Shown: positions 29,210 through 39,321 of the stretch, one piece after another
Position numbering within the stretch: position 1 is the first letter of the stretch
How the letters are laid out: every line of letters starts with the position of its first letter
Assembly: GCA_041666325.1 (NCBI GenBank)
Contig: JBAYHC010000003.1
Location: forward strand, 159,102-223,101
Length of the DNA: 64,000 nt
Origin: Patescibacteria group bacterium
GTDB taxonomy: Bacteria; Patescibacteriota; UBA1384; XYA2-FULL-43-10; 1-14-0-10-43-13
Direction of reading: 5' to 3'
Translations under genes and position numbers: made by a program
The notes under the pieces: generated by a model
What the model was told of the DNA's origin: nothing
The model's input: the letters and a program-made list of their open reading frames with translations, nothing else
The model's database searches: none

Positions 29210-29329
29210 AGATCATACCTGGTAAGCAGATAAGAATTAGGTTAGTAAGTTGGCACCCTTACTTGCTAGCTTGTCCCGATAACCGCTTGGCGGTAGCGGG
29301 ACCCCGATACTTTCCGAAATATAATAATG

Positions 29330-30760
29330 TTATCGGGGCTTACTAGCTTTTAAACTTAGCACAGCTGACTTAAATTTCTCTCCGCGATCTTTATAATTCT
29401 TGAACATACCGAAACTAGCGCAGGCCGGGGAAAGTACCACAACATCACCGGACTTAGCCAAATTATTAGCATTTGCAATAACCTCTTCGATAGTTTCTCC
29501 GCCCTTAACTAACTCTTTGTTGTATCCGAATTTCAGAAGGGACTGCCTGATACGCTCTGCCTCGGCTCCAATCAGCACAACACCAACCACATTTGAAGAA
29601 ACAATCTTCTGTGCTAATTCTGAGAAGTCTGCACCCTTGCTGCTACCGCCAAGAATTAGAATTTTGTCTTTCTTGAGAGAGGAGATGGCCGCCATTGTTG
29701 GGCCAGGAGTAGTGCCGAAGGAATCGTCAACATATGTGACACCGCCAATAGTCGCCACAAGCTCTAATCGATGAGGTAGTCCTAAAAATTCTTTAGCGAC
29801 TTTACGAATAGCTACCAACGGAACCCCTATTTCGCTTGCAGCAATAGCTGATGCAGCGATGTTTTCTAGATTATGACGACCCAGCAACATGATTTCACTT
29901 TGACGGCAAATCACTTCCTCTTCGCCGGCAACACGAAGAATCACCTCTATGTCGCCAGCAACATCTCTTATATATGCGTCGCAAGTTGAATCTTCTACTG
30001 AAGAGAAATAAGATATTTTCGATTTAATCCCACTTAGCCACGCTGCTGGAAAGGTGGACCTCCTGTTTAGTATGACTAAGTCTCCTCTTTCTTGGTGCAG
30101 AACAATATTCATTTTGGCTTGCTGGTATTCAAGAATGCTGTGATGATAATCCTGGTGCTCGACATCAAGGTTGGTTACTATGGCAATATGAGGACTACGA
30201 TCTAAGTCCATTAATTGAAAACTTGATAGTTCGAAAACAACATTACTCTCAGGTGCAAGAACTGGTAATAGTGTTGCTGCCGGCTCGCCAATATTTCCTA
30301 CCAAATATGATTCACCGCCAACAGAACCCTCTTTGATCATACGATAAACAAGTGACGAAGTTGTTCCCTTGCCCTTCGTACCCGTTACGCCGATAGTGGG
30401 ACTCGGAGACAGTTCAAAGAATAATTTTGTCTGGCTAGAAATCTCCACCCCTCGTTCCCTCGCCTCTACAATTTTTGGGTGCAAACTTGAGATTCCTGGA
30501 GTACGAAAGATTATATCAAACTCAGCTAGGTGCTCTAGGTAGCCATCTCCCAAAATTTTCTTCACAGACCCGTCTGTCAGTATGGCTTCGATGTCATGAA
30601 GCAGGTCTGGCTCAGCTTTTTCGATTATTTCATGATCATTTCTCTGGTCAAGAATGGTAATCTGCGACACCTTGTCTCTTAAGAACTTTGCGACAGCAAT
30701 TCCCTCGATAGCCAAACCCAAAATTGCAACGCTTTTGTTCTTGAATCGATTATATTCCAT
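29330..30760 (-). CDS. murD: UDP-MurNAc-L-Ala--D-Glu ligase
   Basis: GTKGKGTT, ELSSFQL, DDSFGT, SPACASF. Confidence 0.96.
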   Translation of the reverse strand: MEYNRFKNKSVAILGLAIEGIAVAKFLRDKVSQITILDQRNDHEIIEKAEPDLLHDIEAILTDGSVKKILGDGYLEHLAEFDIIFRTPGISSLHPKIVEARERGVEISSQTKLFFELSPSPTIGVTGTKGKGTTSSLVYRMIKEGSVGGESYLVGNIGEPAATLLPVLAPESNVVFELSSFQLMDLDRSPHIAIVTNLDVEHQDYHHSILEYQQAKMNIVLHQERGDLVILNRRSTFPAAWLSGIKSKISYFSSVEDSTCDAYIRDVAGDIEVILRVAGEEEVICRQSEIMLLGRHNLENIAASAIAASEIGVPLVAIRKVAKEFLGLPHRLELVATIGGVTYVDDSFGTTPGPTMAAISSLKKDKILILGGSSKGADFSELAQKIVSSNVVGVVLIGAEAERIRQSLLKFGYNKELVKGGETIEEVIANANNLAKSGDVVVLSPACASFGMFKNYKDRGEKFKSAVLSLKASKPR

Positions 30761-30773
30761 ATTATTGTTCCTC

Positions 30774-31790
30774 TTAGAAGTCACCTCGTCCCAGCAAGGC
30801 AACAACCATGCCAGCAACGGCGAAAATCATACTTATAACCCAGAAGCGCATTGTAATCTTGTATTCGGGCCAACCTATGGCTTCGAGGTGATTGTGCAAT
30901 GGAGAAGAGAGAAATATCTTCTTGCCACGAAATTTCTTAGACAACTGTTGAACGATATAGCTTAGGGCTTCGATCGTGAAAACGAATGTAATAATCGGCA
31001 AAACAACAACAGAGTTGGTTAGGAAGGCAACAACGCCAAGCGTCATGCCAAGCGCCATGCTTCCAGTATCCCCCATAAAGAAACGGGCTGGCGGAATATT
31101 AAACCACAAGAACGCAAGCAGGGAGCCCATAATTGTAGCGCAAAACGCAGCAAGTTCCACCTTCCCCATGGTCAATGCGATAAATGCGAAAGCGCCATAC
31201 GCCATCACAAAAATACCGCCAGCCAAACCATCCTCGCCATCACCAAGATTAGAGGCAAAAGAAATCCAAACCAAAGCGAGAATAAAAAGTGGAATATACC
31301 ACAGACCAATAGTGAAGTCACCAAGTGCGGGAATATGGATTGAGTTCCACTCAAGCTTGTAATAAAACCACCATGCACCTACTGCAGAAATTGCTGTGTA
31401 GAGCGGCAACTTCTGCTTGAAACTTAACCCTCCGCCCTTCTCGCCAATCCCTTTAATATTCCAGAGATCATCAATGGCTCCAACTATTCCAGTCGCTATT
31501 AAGGCAAAAAGCGGAAGCCATGTTGCGGCCCTTTCGAGATTGAAAATTAGGGTCAGAACTGTCGTTGTTCCTAAAATCAGTATTCCAGCCATAGTGGGCG
31601 TGCCCGCCTTCTTGGCATGAAGTTCTGCGTAAATAGGCGCGTCCTTGCTTTCCCTGATACGCTTGCCAAGCTTATTTCTATACAAAAAATTAGTAAACAT
31701 CGGCGTCCAAGCAACAGTTATTGCAAATGCAGCAAGGGCCAGCCAAAGCATCCTTGATACGTCCTGTGTTGAAATAAGCAGTATTTCCAT
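30774..31790 (-). CDS. mraY: Phospho-MurNAc-pentapeptide transferase
   Basis: KAGTPTMAG, DGEDGLA, FMGDTGS, SPLHNHLE. Confidence 0.96.
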   Translation of the reverse strand: MEILLISTQDVSRMLWLALAAFAITVAWTPMFTNFLYRNKLGKRIRESKDAPIYAELHAKKAGTPTMAGILILGTTTVLTLIFNLERAATWLPLFALIATGIVGAIDDLWNIKGIGEKGGGLSFKQKLPLYTAISAVGAWWFYYKLEWNSIHIPALGDFTIGLWYIPLFILALVWISFASNLGDGEDGLAGGIFVMAYGAFAFIALTMGKVELAAFCATIMGSLLAFLWFNIPPARFFMGDTGSMALGMTLGVVAFLTNSVVVLPIITFVFTIEALSYIVQQLSKKFRGKKIFLSSPLHNHLEAIGWPEYKITMRFWVISMIFAVAGMVVALLGRGDF

Positions 31791-31877
31791 AGAAACTCCG
31801 TAGCTAGTATGAATTAAGCTTTTAAGAATTAAGCTACACCCACACCGTCTAGCTTACTTGCCTACAAGCCTACCTGT

Positions 31878-33140
31878 CTAGCGTTTTTTTCTATTCCATT
31901 CACCACCCTGACGGACAAGGAATTCTTTTGCCTGGTTAGGGTTTTTCATTAACAACTTTACCACCTCTTCAAAGAAATTTCTGTTTTGTGAGGCCTTTAT
32001 CAAAACCAGATCGCCATCTTTAATAATACCATCAAGACATGGTACCAGCGCACTTCTGCTTGCAAAAACCAAAGAACGACCATCGTCATTAAACACCTTG
32101 GCCATATCTTTTGCATAAGGACCAACGAAGACGGCCAGATCGCAACGATCTTTTGCGTATTCCGCAACCTCTTTGTGAGCCTCTTCGCTGTGATCACCAA
32201 GCTCATTCATATTACCTATGATCGCAACTTTCCTTGAATTGGTTTGAACATCAGACAGAAAGTCGAGTGCGGCACTGACCGAAGCGGGACTTGCGTTATA
32301 TGTATCATCGATAATCGAAATATCGTTTTTGCCCTCAATAAGCCGCATCCGGCCAGAAACCGGCTTGATCCCCTCAAGTGACTTTGCAGTTTTGAGCAAA
32401 GACAAATCAAGGAGGTCGGCTACAGCCAGGGCGAACAACTGCGAATATATCATCTGCCGACCCAAGAGCGATGACTTTACGGCTATTTTCCGACCTGTCA
32501 TTGTTACCCGATACTCGGTGCCGTCAAGCGATAGCTTGATACCTTCAGCTCGATAGTCAACACTCTTGCTCTCAATACCAACCCGAATCACATCTCCATC
32601 AGCAAATTTAACCAGTCTGGCATCATCTGAGTTGATGACACTTCTGCCATCGCCCGCAAGAGAATCCAACAATAGCAGTTTCTCGCTTGCATACTCTTCG
32701 TACGATGTAAAGTTGGCCAGATGAGCCTTGGTTATAGCTGTTAAGACAGCAATTTTGGGTCGAAAGATCGTCATCAGATGCCTCATATCGCCGGGCTTGT
32801 CAACACCAAGTTCCAGCACCAAATACTTTGGGTAGCTTCTTATCAACATGGCCTTGATCAAAAACTTAACCACGAAAAGCGGCCAGACCGTCTTGCCCGG
32901 TACCTTCTTATAGCCAAGGATAGTCAGAGGAACGCCTATCTCAGTATTAAGATTACCAGCATTTGACCAAACCATCGAGGCACCGAAGGCTTCCGAAAGA
33001 ACGTGATGGATCGCCTCCTTGGTCGAGCTCTTCCCCACTGAGCCAGTGACAGCAATAATATAAGGGTCAAAGCGATTAATTACCCGCCGAGCACCAAAAG
33101 CAAGGATGCGGTTAATAATTTTTAGAAAAATATTCTTCAT
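31878..33140 (-). CDS. murF: UDP-MurNAc-tripeptide--D-Ala-D-Ala ligase (N-domain truncated form)
   Basis: TGSVGKSSTKE, NLNTEIGVP, DDTYNASP, LIKASQ. Confidence 0.92.
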   Translation of the reverse strand: MKNIFLKIINRILAFGARRVINRFDPYIIAVTGSVGKSSTKEAIHHVLSEAFGASMVWSNAGNLNTEIGVPLTILGYKKVPGKTVWPLFVVKFLIKAMLIRSYPKYLVLELGVDKPGDMRHLMTIFRPKIAVLTAITKAHLANFTSYEEYASEKLLLLDSLAGDGRSVINSDDARLVKFADGDVIRVGIESKSVDYRAEGIKLSLDGTEYRVTMTGRKIAVKSSLLGRQMIYSQLFALAVADLLDLSLLKTAKSLEGIKPVSGRMRLIEGKNDISIIDDTYNASPASVSAALDFLSDVQTNSRKVAIIGNMNELGDHSEEAHKEVAEYAKDRCDLAVFVGPYAKDMAKVFNDDGRSLVFASRSALVPCLDGIIKDGDLVLIKASQNRNFFEEVVKLLMKNPNQAKEFLVRQGGEWNRKKR

Positions 33141-33237
33141 GTTTAATGCCTAGGTCAATAAGTGTGTGAGCAAGCAGGTTGGTAAGTCGTTGAACTGAAT
33201 GTGGATCAACTTAACATATACTTTACTTGCTTACTTG

Positions 33238-35004
33238 CTACCTCAGGGGCTTAACTTCTCGGGTCGGTGTTATGCGATAGTAATAATTGAGGAGAAATCC
33301 TGAGATCTCACCAAAAAGCGAACCGGCAGTGTTTTCGGCATATTTCGCGGCCTTTGGCTTCTCGAGTTTAACCAACATTGCATACTGAGGGTCATTGGCG
33401 GGACCATACCCGGCCAGTGAATGATTGAAGATACCAAGCCCGTCCTCAGACTGCTCGTACTTACCATCTTTGGCGATCTGTGCAGTACCTGTTTTTCCCG
33501 CGATCTCAAAACCCGGCACCCCAGCCCTCCACGCATGACCCTTGTCGACGGTTTGTACCAACATATCAGTTAAAAGGCTTGCAGTCGATTCTTTGATAAC
33601 CCGCTTGCCCTCTCTTTTCTCAACATTTTTCTCTGTACCATCGGCCATGATTATTTTATCAACAACATGAGGATAGATATAGACACCCTTGTTCGCAATG
33701 GCAGCGTACGCGGCGACCATTTGCATTGGAGTAACATTGACACCTTGTCCAAACGAAATTGTCGCCCTCTCGATGTCATGCCACTGCTTGAGCGGTTTAG
33801 TATACCCTATCTCCTCTGTGTCAAGATCAATTCGAGTCTTGTCAAACAGGTTAAAATCAGACAAATAGCTGTGCATCTTTTCCTTGCCAAGTTTCTCTGA
33901 GAGCCAGACCATAGCCACATTGTCAGAGTTCTGCAAAATCTCAGCCATGTTCTCCTTACCGAAGGCCTTATCCTCGGCTGTATGGATAGTGAAGCCATCC
34001 ACAACAACACTCGCACCAAACTCCTCAGTCGTGTCAGGCTGAACCAGTCCCTGGTCAAGAGCAGCAGCCATAACTAGGGGCTTGATAATGCTTCCGGGTT
34101 CGTAAAGATGAGCAATCGAGGGGTTAATGAAGAGCTCGGGCTTTTCTTTGGCAACAGTTCGGAAGTTATTAGGGTCGTAAGCGGGCGCGGACACCATAGC
34201 AACAACTCCGCCGGTCTTAATATCAATAACAACAACGGTACCAGAATCGGCTTGATACGTTTCCAATGCTTCGTTTAGTTTTTTCTCAATAAAATATTGA
34301 ACGGACCGATCAATGGTAAGCACATAGCTTGCTCCGTTCTCCGGTTCATGCTGATCAATCAGATTGATGATCCGGCCAAGAGTATCCTTTTCTCCCTTGA
34401 TGTTGCCCTCTGACCCTTTTAGCTCGTGGTTATAGTGGCCTTCAAAGCCGTAGTTTCCTTCACCGTCAGCGTTAACAAATCCCAGCACATGCGAAGCCAG
34501 CGCCACCTCGGGATAATATCGGCTATATTCCGGAACTACCAAAACACCCGGCATCCTCTTGCCCTTAATGACATTGGCCTCATCCAGAGACAAACCCTTT
34601 TTTAGTGGAGGGACATATAGTTTTTCATTGTTGATCTTTTCAAATATCTCAGTCTCGGCTACACCGATAAGCGGAGATAGCTCCAAAGCAGTTTTGTTCT
34701 TGTCCTTAATATTATAAGGCACCGCCCAAACCGCAAATCGCTTAACATCAAAAGCCAATGGGTAATAACGGTCTGGCTCAAAATACGAGTCATGGACATA
34801 GATCTTCCCGCGTTGACCCAACTCAACTTTCTCAAACCGTTGCTGGTCTTGAGCAAGAGCCAGATAATGGCTATGCTTCGCTATTTGAATATCAAAAAGA
34901 CGGCCAAAAAGCCCGAATGTTAAAAGAATAGCTAGCACGCTAGCCGCCCTCAAGCGGCTTCTGGTAACTTTTGAATAGTCCATGATTTCGCTAAATTGCC
35001 CCAA
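33238..35004 (-). CDS. ftsI: Class B PBP (FtsI/PBP3 family)
   Basis: YEPGSIIK, SDN, KTGT; start may be ATG 34983. Confidence 0.93.
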   Translation of the reverse strand: MGQFSEIMDYSKVTRSRLRAASVLAILLTFGLFGRLFDIQIAKHSHYLALAQDQQRFEKVELGQRGKIYVHDSYFEPDRYYPLAFDVKRFAVWAVPYNIKDKNKTALELSPLIGVAETEIFEKINNEKLYVPPLKKGLSLDEANVIKGKRMPGVLVVPEYSRYYPEVALASHVLGFVNADGEGNYGFEGHYNHELKGSEGNIKGEKDTLGRIINLIDQHEPENGASYVLTIDRSVQYFIEKKLNEALETYQADSGTVVVIDIKTGGVVAMVSAPAYDPNNFRTVAKEKPELFINPSIAHLYEPGSIIKPLVMAAALDQGLVQPDTTEEFGASVVVDGFTIHTAEDKAFGKENMAEILQNSDNVAMVWLSEKLGKEKMHSYLSDFNLFDKTRIDLDTEEIGYTKPLKQWHDIERATISFGQGVNVTPMQMVAAYAAIANKGVYIYPHVVDKIIMADGTEKNVEKREGKRVIKESTASLLTDMLVQTVDKGHAWRAGVPGFEIAGKTGTAQIAKDGKYEQSEDGLGIFNHSLAGYGPANDPQYAMLVKLEKPKAAKYAENTAGSLFGEISGFLLNYYYRITPTREVKPLR

Positions 35005-35042
35005 TAATTACAACGAAGCATACTACCTTGCTTGCCCTAACT

Positions 35043-35405
35043 TCAACGGATGCCCGCAACAGCATACGACTCTTTGACATGCTCGACACTTGAAACAGGC
35101 TCCAAAACATTTTTTTCTACGCCGTTGTCGATCTCTTTTAGCGACTTTAATCTAGTTTGCTCAACCTCCAGGCGCTCTTTCTCAAGCTGCAAATCCGCCT
35201 GCTTTGACTCCAGGTTCCTGATCCTAACACTTCTGTTAGCCCCTGCTGTCGATTGAGTTAAATATACCAAAGAAAGCAATGCACAGATAGCGATTGCAAC
35301 AAATTTTATTGCATTTGGGCCAATTACAATTTCTCGGTTTACAGTCTTATGGCGTCGGTTCTGAACTCTCTCTGCCCCGCTTGAAACTGAAATAATTCGA
35401 TTCAC
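35043..35405 (-). CDS. ftsL: FtsL-like cell division protein
   Basis: Short cytoplasmic N-terminus, TM, leucine-zipper coiled coil; upstream of ftsI; GGGAGG SD. Confidence 0.7.
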   Translation of the reverse strand: MNRIISVSSGAERVQNRRHKTVNREIVIGPNAIKFVAIAICALLSLVYLTQSTAGANRSVRIRNLESKQADLQLEKERLEVEQTRLKSLKEIDNGVEKNVLEPVSSVEHVKESYAVAGIR

Positions 35406-35588
35406 TTTCCCTCCCGATCATTTGAGCTTGCTTATCTTTCTTTTCCAGAGCCAGCACCTTTTGTTTTTGTCTTAGTGCCCATGTTTTTGTTTTTGATGTC
35501 ACACATTTTATTCCTTTGCCCTCCTCCGACCTGATACAAAGGAATGTTTGTGCTGACTCTAGAAAAAAAGATAAGTTGTCAAGTGTTA

Positions 35589-36020
35589 TTAAAATCCAAT
35601 CTCTGCAAGATTTTCGGCAATCTGATCTGAATTGGCTTCCATCTGCTTCTTAAAATCTTCCCAAGCGTCCTCTGGCCAGATTTCTAGACGGTTATACACA
35701 CCTGTGATAACAACCTTGCCATTAATGCCTGCATATTCTTTAAGGTATCCCGGAAGATTAACTCTTCCTGCTTTGTCCAACTTGGTATCCATTGCTCCGG
35801 CGAGCATGAGCCTTGCAAAACTCCTGGCGTCCTTTTGAGTAATAGGAAGATCTGACAGCTTCTCGGCAATTTTCTCCCACTCTTTTTGGGTATAAACCCA
35901 GAGACAATGATCAAGGCCTCGCGTTACAACACAACCGGAAATCAAATCATCGCGAAACCTAACCGGAATAGAAAGCCGCCCCTTCTCGTCAATAGAATGT
36001 TTATATTCTCCTATAAACAT
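35589..36020 (-). CDS. mraZ: Division/cell wall cluster repressor MraZ
   Basis: MFIGEYKHSIDEKGRL, DKAGRV, RLEIW. Confidence 0.97.
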   Translation of the reverse strand: MFIGEYKHSIDEKGRLSIPVRFRDDLISGCVVTRGLDHCLWVYTQKEWEKIAEKLSDLPITQKDARSFARLMLAGAMDTKLDKAGRVNLPGYLKEYAGINGKVVITGVYNRLEIWPEDAWEDFKKQMEANSDQIAENLAEIGF

Positions 36021-36170
36021 GTTTCATCCTTAAAGCGTAAAAAGGCAACGGTCACAATAACCATTACTAATCGCCTACATCCTGGAGCAAATTATTCTAG
36101 TTAGGCCTTAGTTTTCAACGAGATCATTTTGTTTTTGAACTTTTTGTTTTAGAACGGGTTGCGGGTGTGT

Positions 36171-36208
36171 TTCCACTTTTTCCCACTATTTCCCACTTGT
36201 TTCCATTC
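36171..36208 (-). promoter_or_regulatory. MraZ operator: four (G/A)TGG boxes at 10-nt period
   Basis: Minus strand AATGGAAAC-AAGTGGGAAA-TAGTGGGAAA-AAGTGGAA upstream of mraZ. Confidence 0.8.
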
Positions 36209-36354
36209 TATGGAACATTTACTTAATGGTCAACTATAAATCCCCCACTTATGTGGATAACCCCTTGTATATATAGGGTAATTTCTCGGGATTATCATGT
36301 CCATAAAACAAAAAACCAGCCATACCGCTGGTTTTAAGCTTAATTGTATAATCT

Positions 36355-36576
36355 CTATTTTCGCTTCTTTTTTCGCTTCGCTTGGTAGCTATCGAGGGCA
36401 ACTCCCAACAGCATGGTCACGAATCCATAAGCCAAAATAATTATGTACACATTGCCTGACCTGATATCGGATGGAGAGGTAGCCACAACCGAATTATACA
36501 TAGCGAACAACAATATTATCGACAGTAACCCAAGAATCAAACCAAGAACAAAATGCTTCGTTGCCGACGCGTACAT
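36355..36576 (-). CDS. Small 2-TM membrane protein
   Basis: AGGAGG SD, two hydrophobic helices, basic tail. Confidence 0.7.
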   Translation of the reverse strand: MYASATKHFVLGLILGLLSIILLFAMYNSVVATSPSDIRSGNVYIIILAYGFVTMLLGVALDSYQAKRKKKRK

Positions 36577-36587
36577 GGCCCCTCCTA

Positions 36588-38015
36588 TTAACTAAGCTTG
36601 CCTTTGATCAACGCACCCAGATCCTCAATTTTGATTCTAGCCTGCTCCATAGTATCTCGATCGCGAAGAGTGACAGTTTTGTCCTGAAGGGTATCAAAAT
36701 CAACCGTGATGCACCAAGGCGTGCCGATCTCATCCTGACGACGATAACGACGTCCAACTGAACCAGATTCATCGTAGAACGCGTCAACGCCATTTTGGCG
36801 CAAGTCAGTGAAAATCTTCTGAGCGATCTCCGGCAAGCCTTCCTTCTTAATGAGGGGGAAAACCCCAACTTTGATCGGGGCAAGCTTTGGACTTAGCCGC
36901 AATGTAATCTCGCCAGACGCTCGACCATCTGTACCGTCTGATTCGTCGTAAGCGTCAACCATGAAGGCTAGCATTGCCCTATCTACTCCCATCGACGGCT
37001 CGACTACGTAAGGAATAAACTTCTCGCCCTTCTCTTCGTCGAAATATCTCAGGTCGGCGCCGGAATGCTCTGTGTGCTGTTTAAGATCATAGTCTGTCCG
37101 CTGGGCAATTCCGGCCAGCTCGGAGGTACCAAAGGGAAAATCATATTCAATATCCGAGGTACCAGATGAATAGTGTGATAACTCATCCTTGGCATGCTCC
37201 CTGGTGTGCAAGTTCTCCTTTTTGATACCAAGATCGGTGTAAAACCCCTCGATTGCTTCGATCCAAGCACGATACCACTTGTCTGACTCTTCCTTGTCTG
37301 GACCAACAAAGAACTCTACCTCTGCCTGCTCGAACTCTCGCGTCCGAAAAATGAAATTGCCTGGAGTGATCTCGTTTCGAAACGCCTTACCAATCTGAGC
37401 AATACCGAAGGGCAACTTAACTCGACTGGACTGGAGTACGTTTTGGAAATTAATAAATATGCCCTGAGCCGTCTCAGGACGAAGATAAGCAGTCGAAACC
37501 GAATCTTCTGTCACGCCGATAAATGTCTTGAACATCAAATTAAAATCTTTGGCCTCGGTAAACTCGTGCATTCCGCCAAGCGGACAATTGAACATTGCCT
37601 TGTCTTCTTTACTAGCCGTCAACCAGTCATTTGCCATACCACCCATACGATCACGTGCCTCTTGAATATGATCAGCGCGGAAACGCTGATGGCACTTCTT
37701 GCACTCAACTAGCGGATCAGAGAAAGATGAGAGATGGCCGCTGGCCTCCCAGACTTTCGGATTTTGGATAATAGCTGAATCAAGACCGACAATGTCGGCG
37801 CGCTGAGAGACAAAACGCTTCCACCACTCATCCTTGATGTTCTTTTTCATCTGCGCACCGAGTGGACCGTAATCGAAAGCATTGGCAAAACCGCCGTAAA
37901 TCTCTGAGGCAGGATAAATGAAACCGCGGCGCTTACAAAGAGAAGCTATCTTCTCCATCATGCTATCTTTTGGTTTTTCGGTCTCAACTTCGTTATTCAT
38001 AAAAATGCCATTCAT
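36588..38015 (-). CDS. glyQS: Glycine--tRNA ligase, alpha2 type
   Basis: LCKRRGF, LRPETAQGIF, FRNEITP, GRRYRRQDEIGTP; start may be 38000. Confidence 0.97.
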   Translation of the reverse strand: MNGIFMNNEVETEKPKDSMMEKIASLCKRRGFIYPASEIYGGFANAFDYGPLGAQMKKNIKDEWWKRFVSQRADIVGLDSAIIQNPKVWEASGHLSSFSDPLVECKKCHQRFRADHIQEARDRMGGMANDWLTASKEDKAMFNCPLGGMHEFTEAKDFNLMFKTFIGVTEDSVSTAYLRPETAQGIFINFQNVLQSSRVKLPFGIAQIGKAFRNEITPGNFIFRTREFEQAEVEFFVGPDKEESDKWYRAWIEAIEGFYTDLGIKKENLHTREHAKDELSHYSSGTSDIEYDFPFGTSELAGIAQRTDYDLKQHTEHSGADLRYFDEEKGEKFIPYVVEPSMGVDRAMLAFMVDAYDESDGTDGRASGEITLRLSPKLAPIKVGVFPLIKKEGLPEIAQKIFTDLRQNGVDAFYDESGSVGRRYRRQDEIGTPWCITVDFDTLQDKTVTLRDRDTMEQARIKIEDLGALIKGKLS

Positions 38016-38124
38016 TAAGGATTGAAATCATATTATCAAACTCGAGGCAATTTTTAAAGCCGCACCTTTACATTCGCCATCTTGATTGGTAAGATCACTG
38101 CGAGCCAACAAGGGAGGTGAAAGC

Positions 38125-38805
38125 GTGCATTATGAACCAAACTGGCCACACGAGGTCATATCTGAAGCGGCGTGCAACAGGACCACAGCGATTAGGCTTG
38201 CAACGGCTTCGAGGCGCGCAATCCTTGGTCGTTCACATCAAACCAAGAGGATTCCCATACAAGCATTACTTGACATCGGCGGCTTTCTTTACGAGAGACG
38301 GTCAGAGGGCTTGTTCCGAGACCAGCTAATTACCCGCGGGAACAATCCAAATCTTGCCAAGCAATTTCTAATTACTGCCGACCCAAGGATGCGCTTGGTC
38401 CTTCCGCCAAAAGTCAGGACAACGAAGGGTGATGAATCAATCACCTATTGGGACGACAAACTGTCGCCCACCAAAGAGCGGTTCACTATTGGCCACGAGG
38501 TTGCACACACATTCCTTTTTGACCGAGATAAAGACACGCCAACCAAGGTCGGTTGGTGGGTAGCGGCAGGTATTTTCGACCGCAGAGTCGAATACTTCTG
38601 CGATGTTTATGCTGCCGCTCTTCTGATCCCGCCGATCTATGTCAAAATTGTTGCCAGCGCACTCGCCGGCCACGGCCCAGCAATTGACACAGACACCATC
38701 ATCGATCACTTTGGAATTCCAATCAAAGTCCTCTACTGGATGGTGATGAGTTTATCAAAAACATACTGGAGCATTCACCACCAGCATTTCCTAGAATTTG
38801 ATTAG
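38125..38805 (+). CDS. ImmA/IrrE-family Zn metallopeptidase
   Basis: ERFTIGHEVAH...E.FCD.YAAALLIP; GTG 38125 after GGAGGT; promoter TTTACA-17-TAAGAT (38067-38095). Confidence 0.8.
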   Translation: MHYEPNWPHEVISEAACNRTTAIRLATASRRAILGRSHQTKRIPIQALLDIGGFLYERRSEGLFRDQLITRGNNPNLAKQFLITADPRMRLVLPPKVRTTKGDESITYWDDKLSPTKERFTIGHEVAHTFLFDRDKDTPTKVGWWVAAGIFDRRVEYFCDVYAAALLIPPIYVKIVASALAGHGPAIDTDTIIDHFGIPIKVLYWMVMSLSKTYWSIHHQHFLEFD

Positions 38806-38822
38806 TATACTACTTCCCCCGC

Positions 38823-38844
38823 GCTGCCATCCGGCAGCTTTTTT
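38823..38844 (+). terminator. Intrinsic terminator
   Basis: GCTGCC-ATCC-GGCAGC-TTTTTT. Confidence 0.75.
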
Positions 38845-39006
38845 AATAAAAAAGCGGAGGAAAAGATCCTCAGACGGAAACGCAATCGGTATAAGTTAAC
38901 GCGTCCGAGACTAGATCCATGCAACCGCCCTTGGTATCAGCAAAGTCTGAGCCCGGTCGAGAAACCATTGACTGATACGTATTATTGTGCTATAATGTAT
39001 AGCAGT

Positions 39007-39282
39007 ATGGTTTGGAAGGAGATCGCTTTGGACAAGATCAGCGTCAACCCAGAAGCACTCTCCCCGGTAGCTCGCGAGAAGGTTTTCCCCCTCGTTAGAC
39101 TACTGGACTCCAGCCCCGATATCATTCTCCGTGACCTTGCTCCAGAAAATGCCGGAAGCGTCGGTAACCTGATCGATACCACCAATCCGGCTGACTGGAA
39201 CCTCTATATATCTCTAGCTGAAGCCGCTGACCAAAAAGCTGGCAATGCCAGCAAGGAGACAGCAATGCTCTGCCGGAGATGA
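39007..39282 (+). CDS. Hypothetical protein
   Basis: Promoter TTGACT-17-TATAAT (38968-38996) places the start at ATG 39007; terminator follows. Confidence 0.6.
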   Translation: MVWKEIALDKISVNPEALSPVAREKVFPLVRLLDSSPDIILRDLAPENAGSVGNLIDTTNPADWNLYISLAEAADQKAGNASKETAMLCRR

Positions 39283-39291
39283 GAGTCCGCT

Positions 39292-39321
39292 TGAGTGCGC
39301 ACCCCGCGCACTCATTTTTTT
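39292..39321 (+). terminator. Intrinsic terminator
   Basis: TGAGTGCGC-ACCCC-GCGCACTCA-TTTTTTT. Confidence 0.8.

Noticed and set aside
36252-36260. Replication origin
   Set aside because: Single DnaA box; no cluster and no dnaA/dnaN nearby
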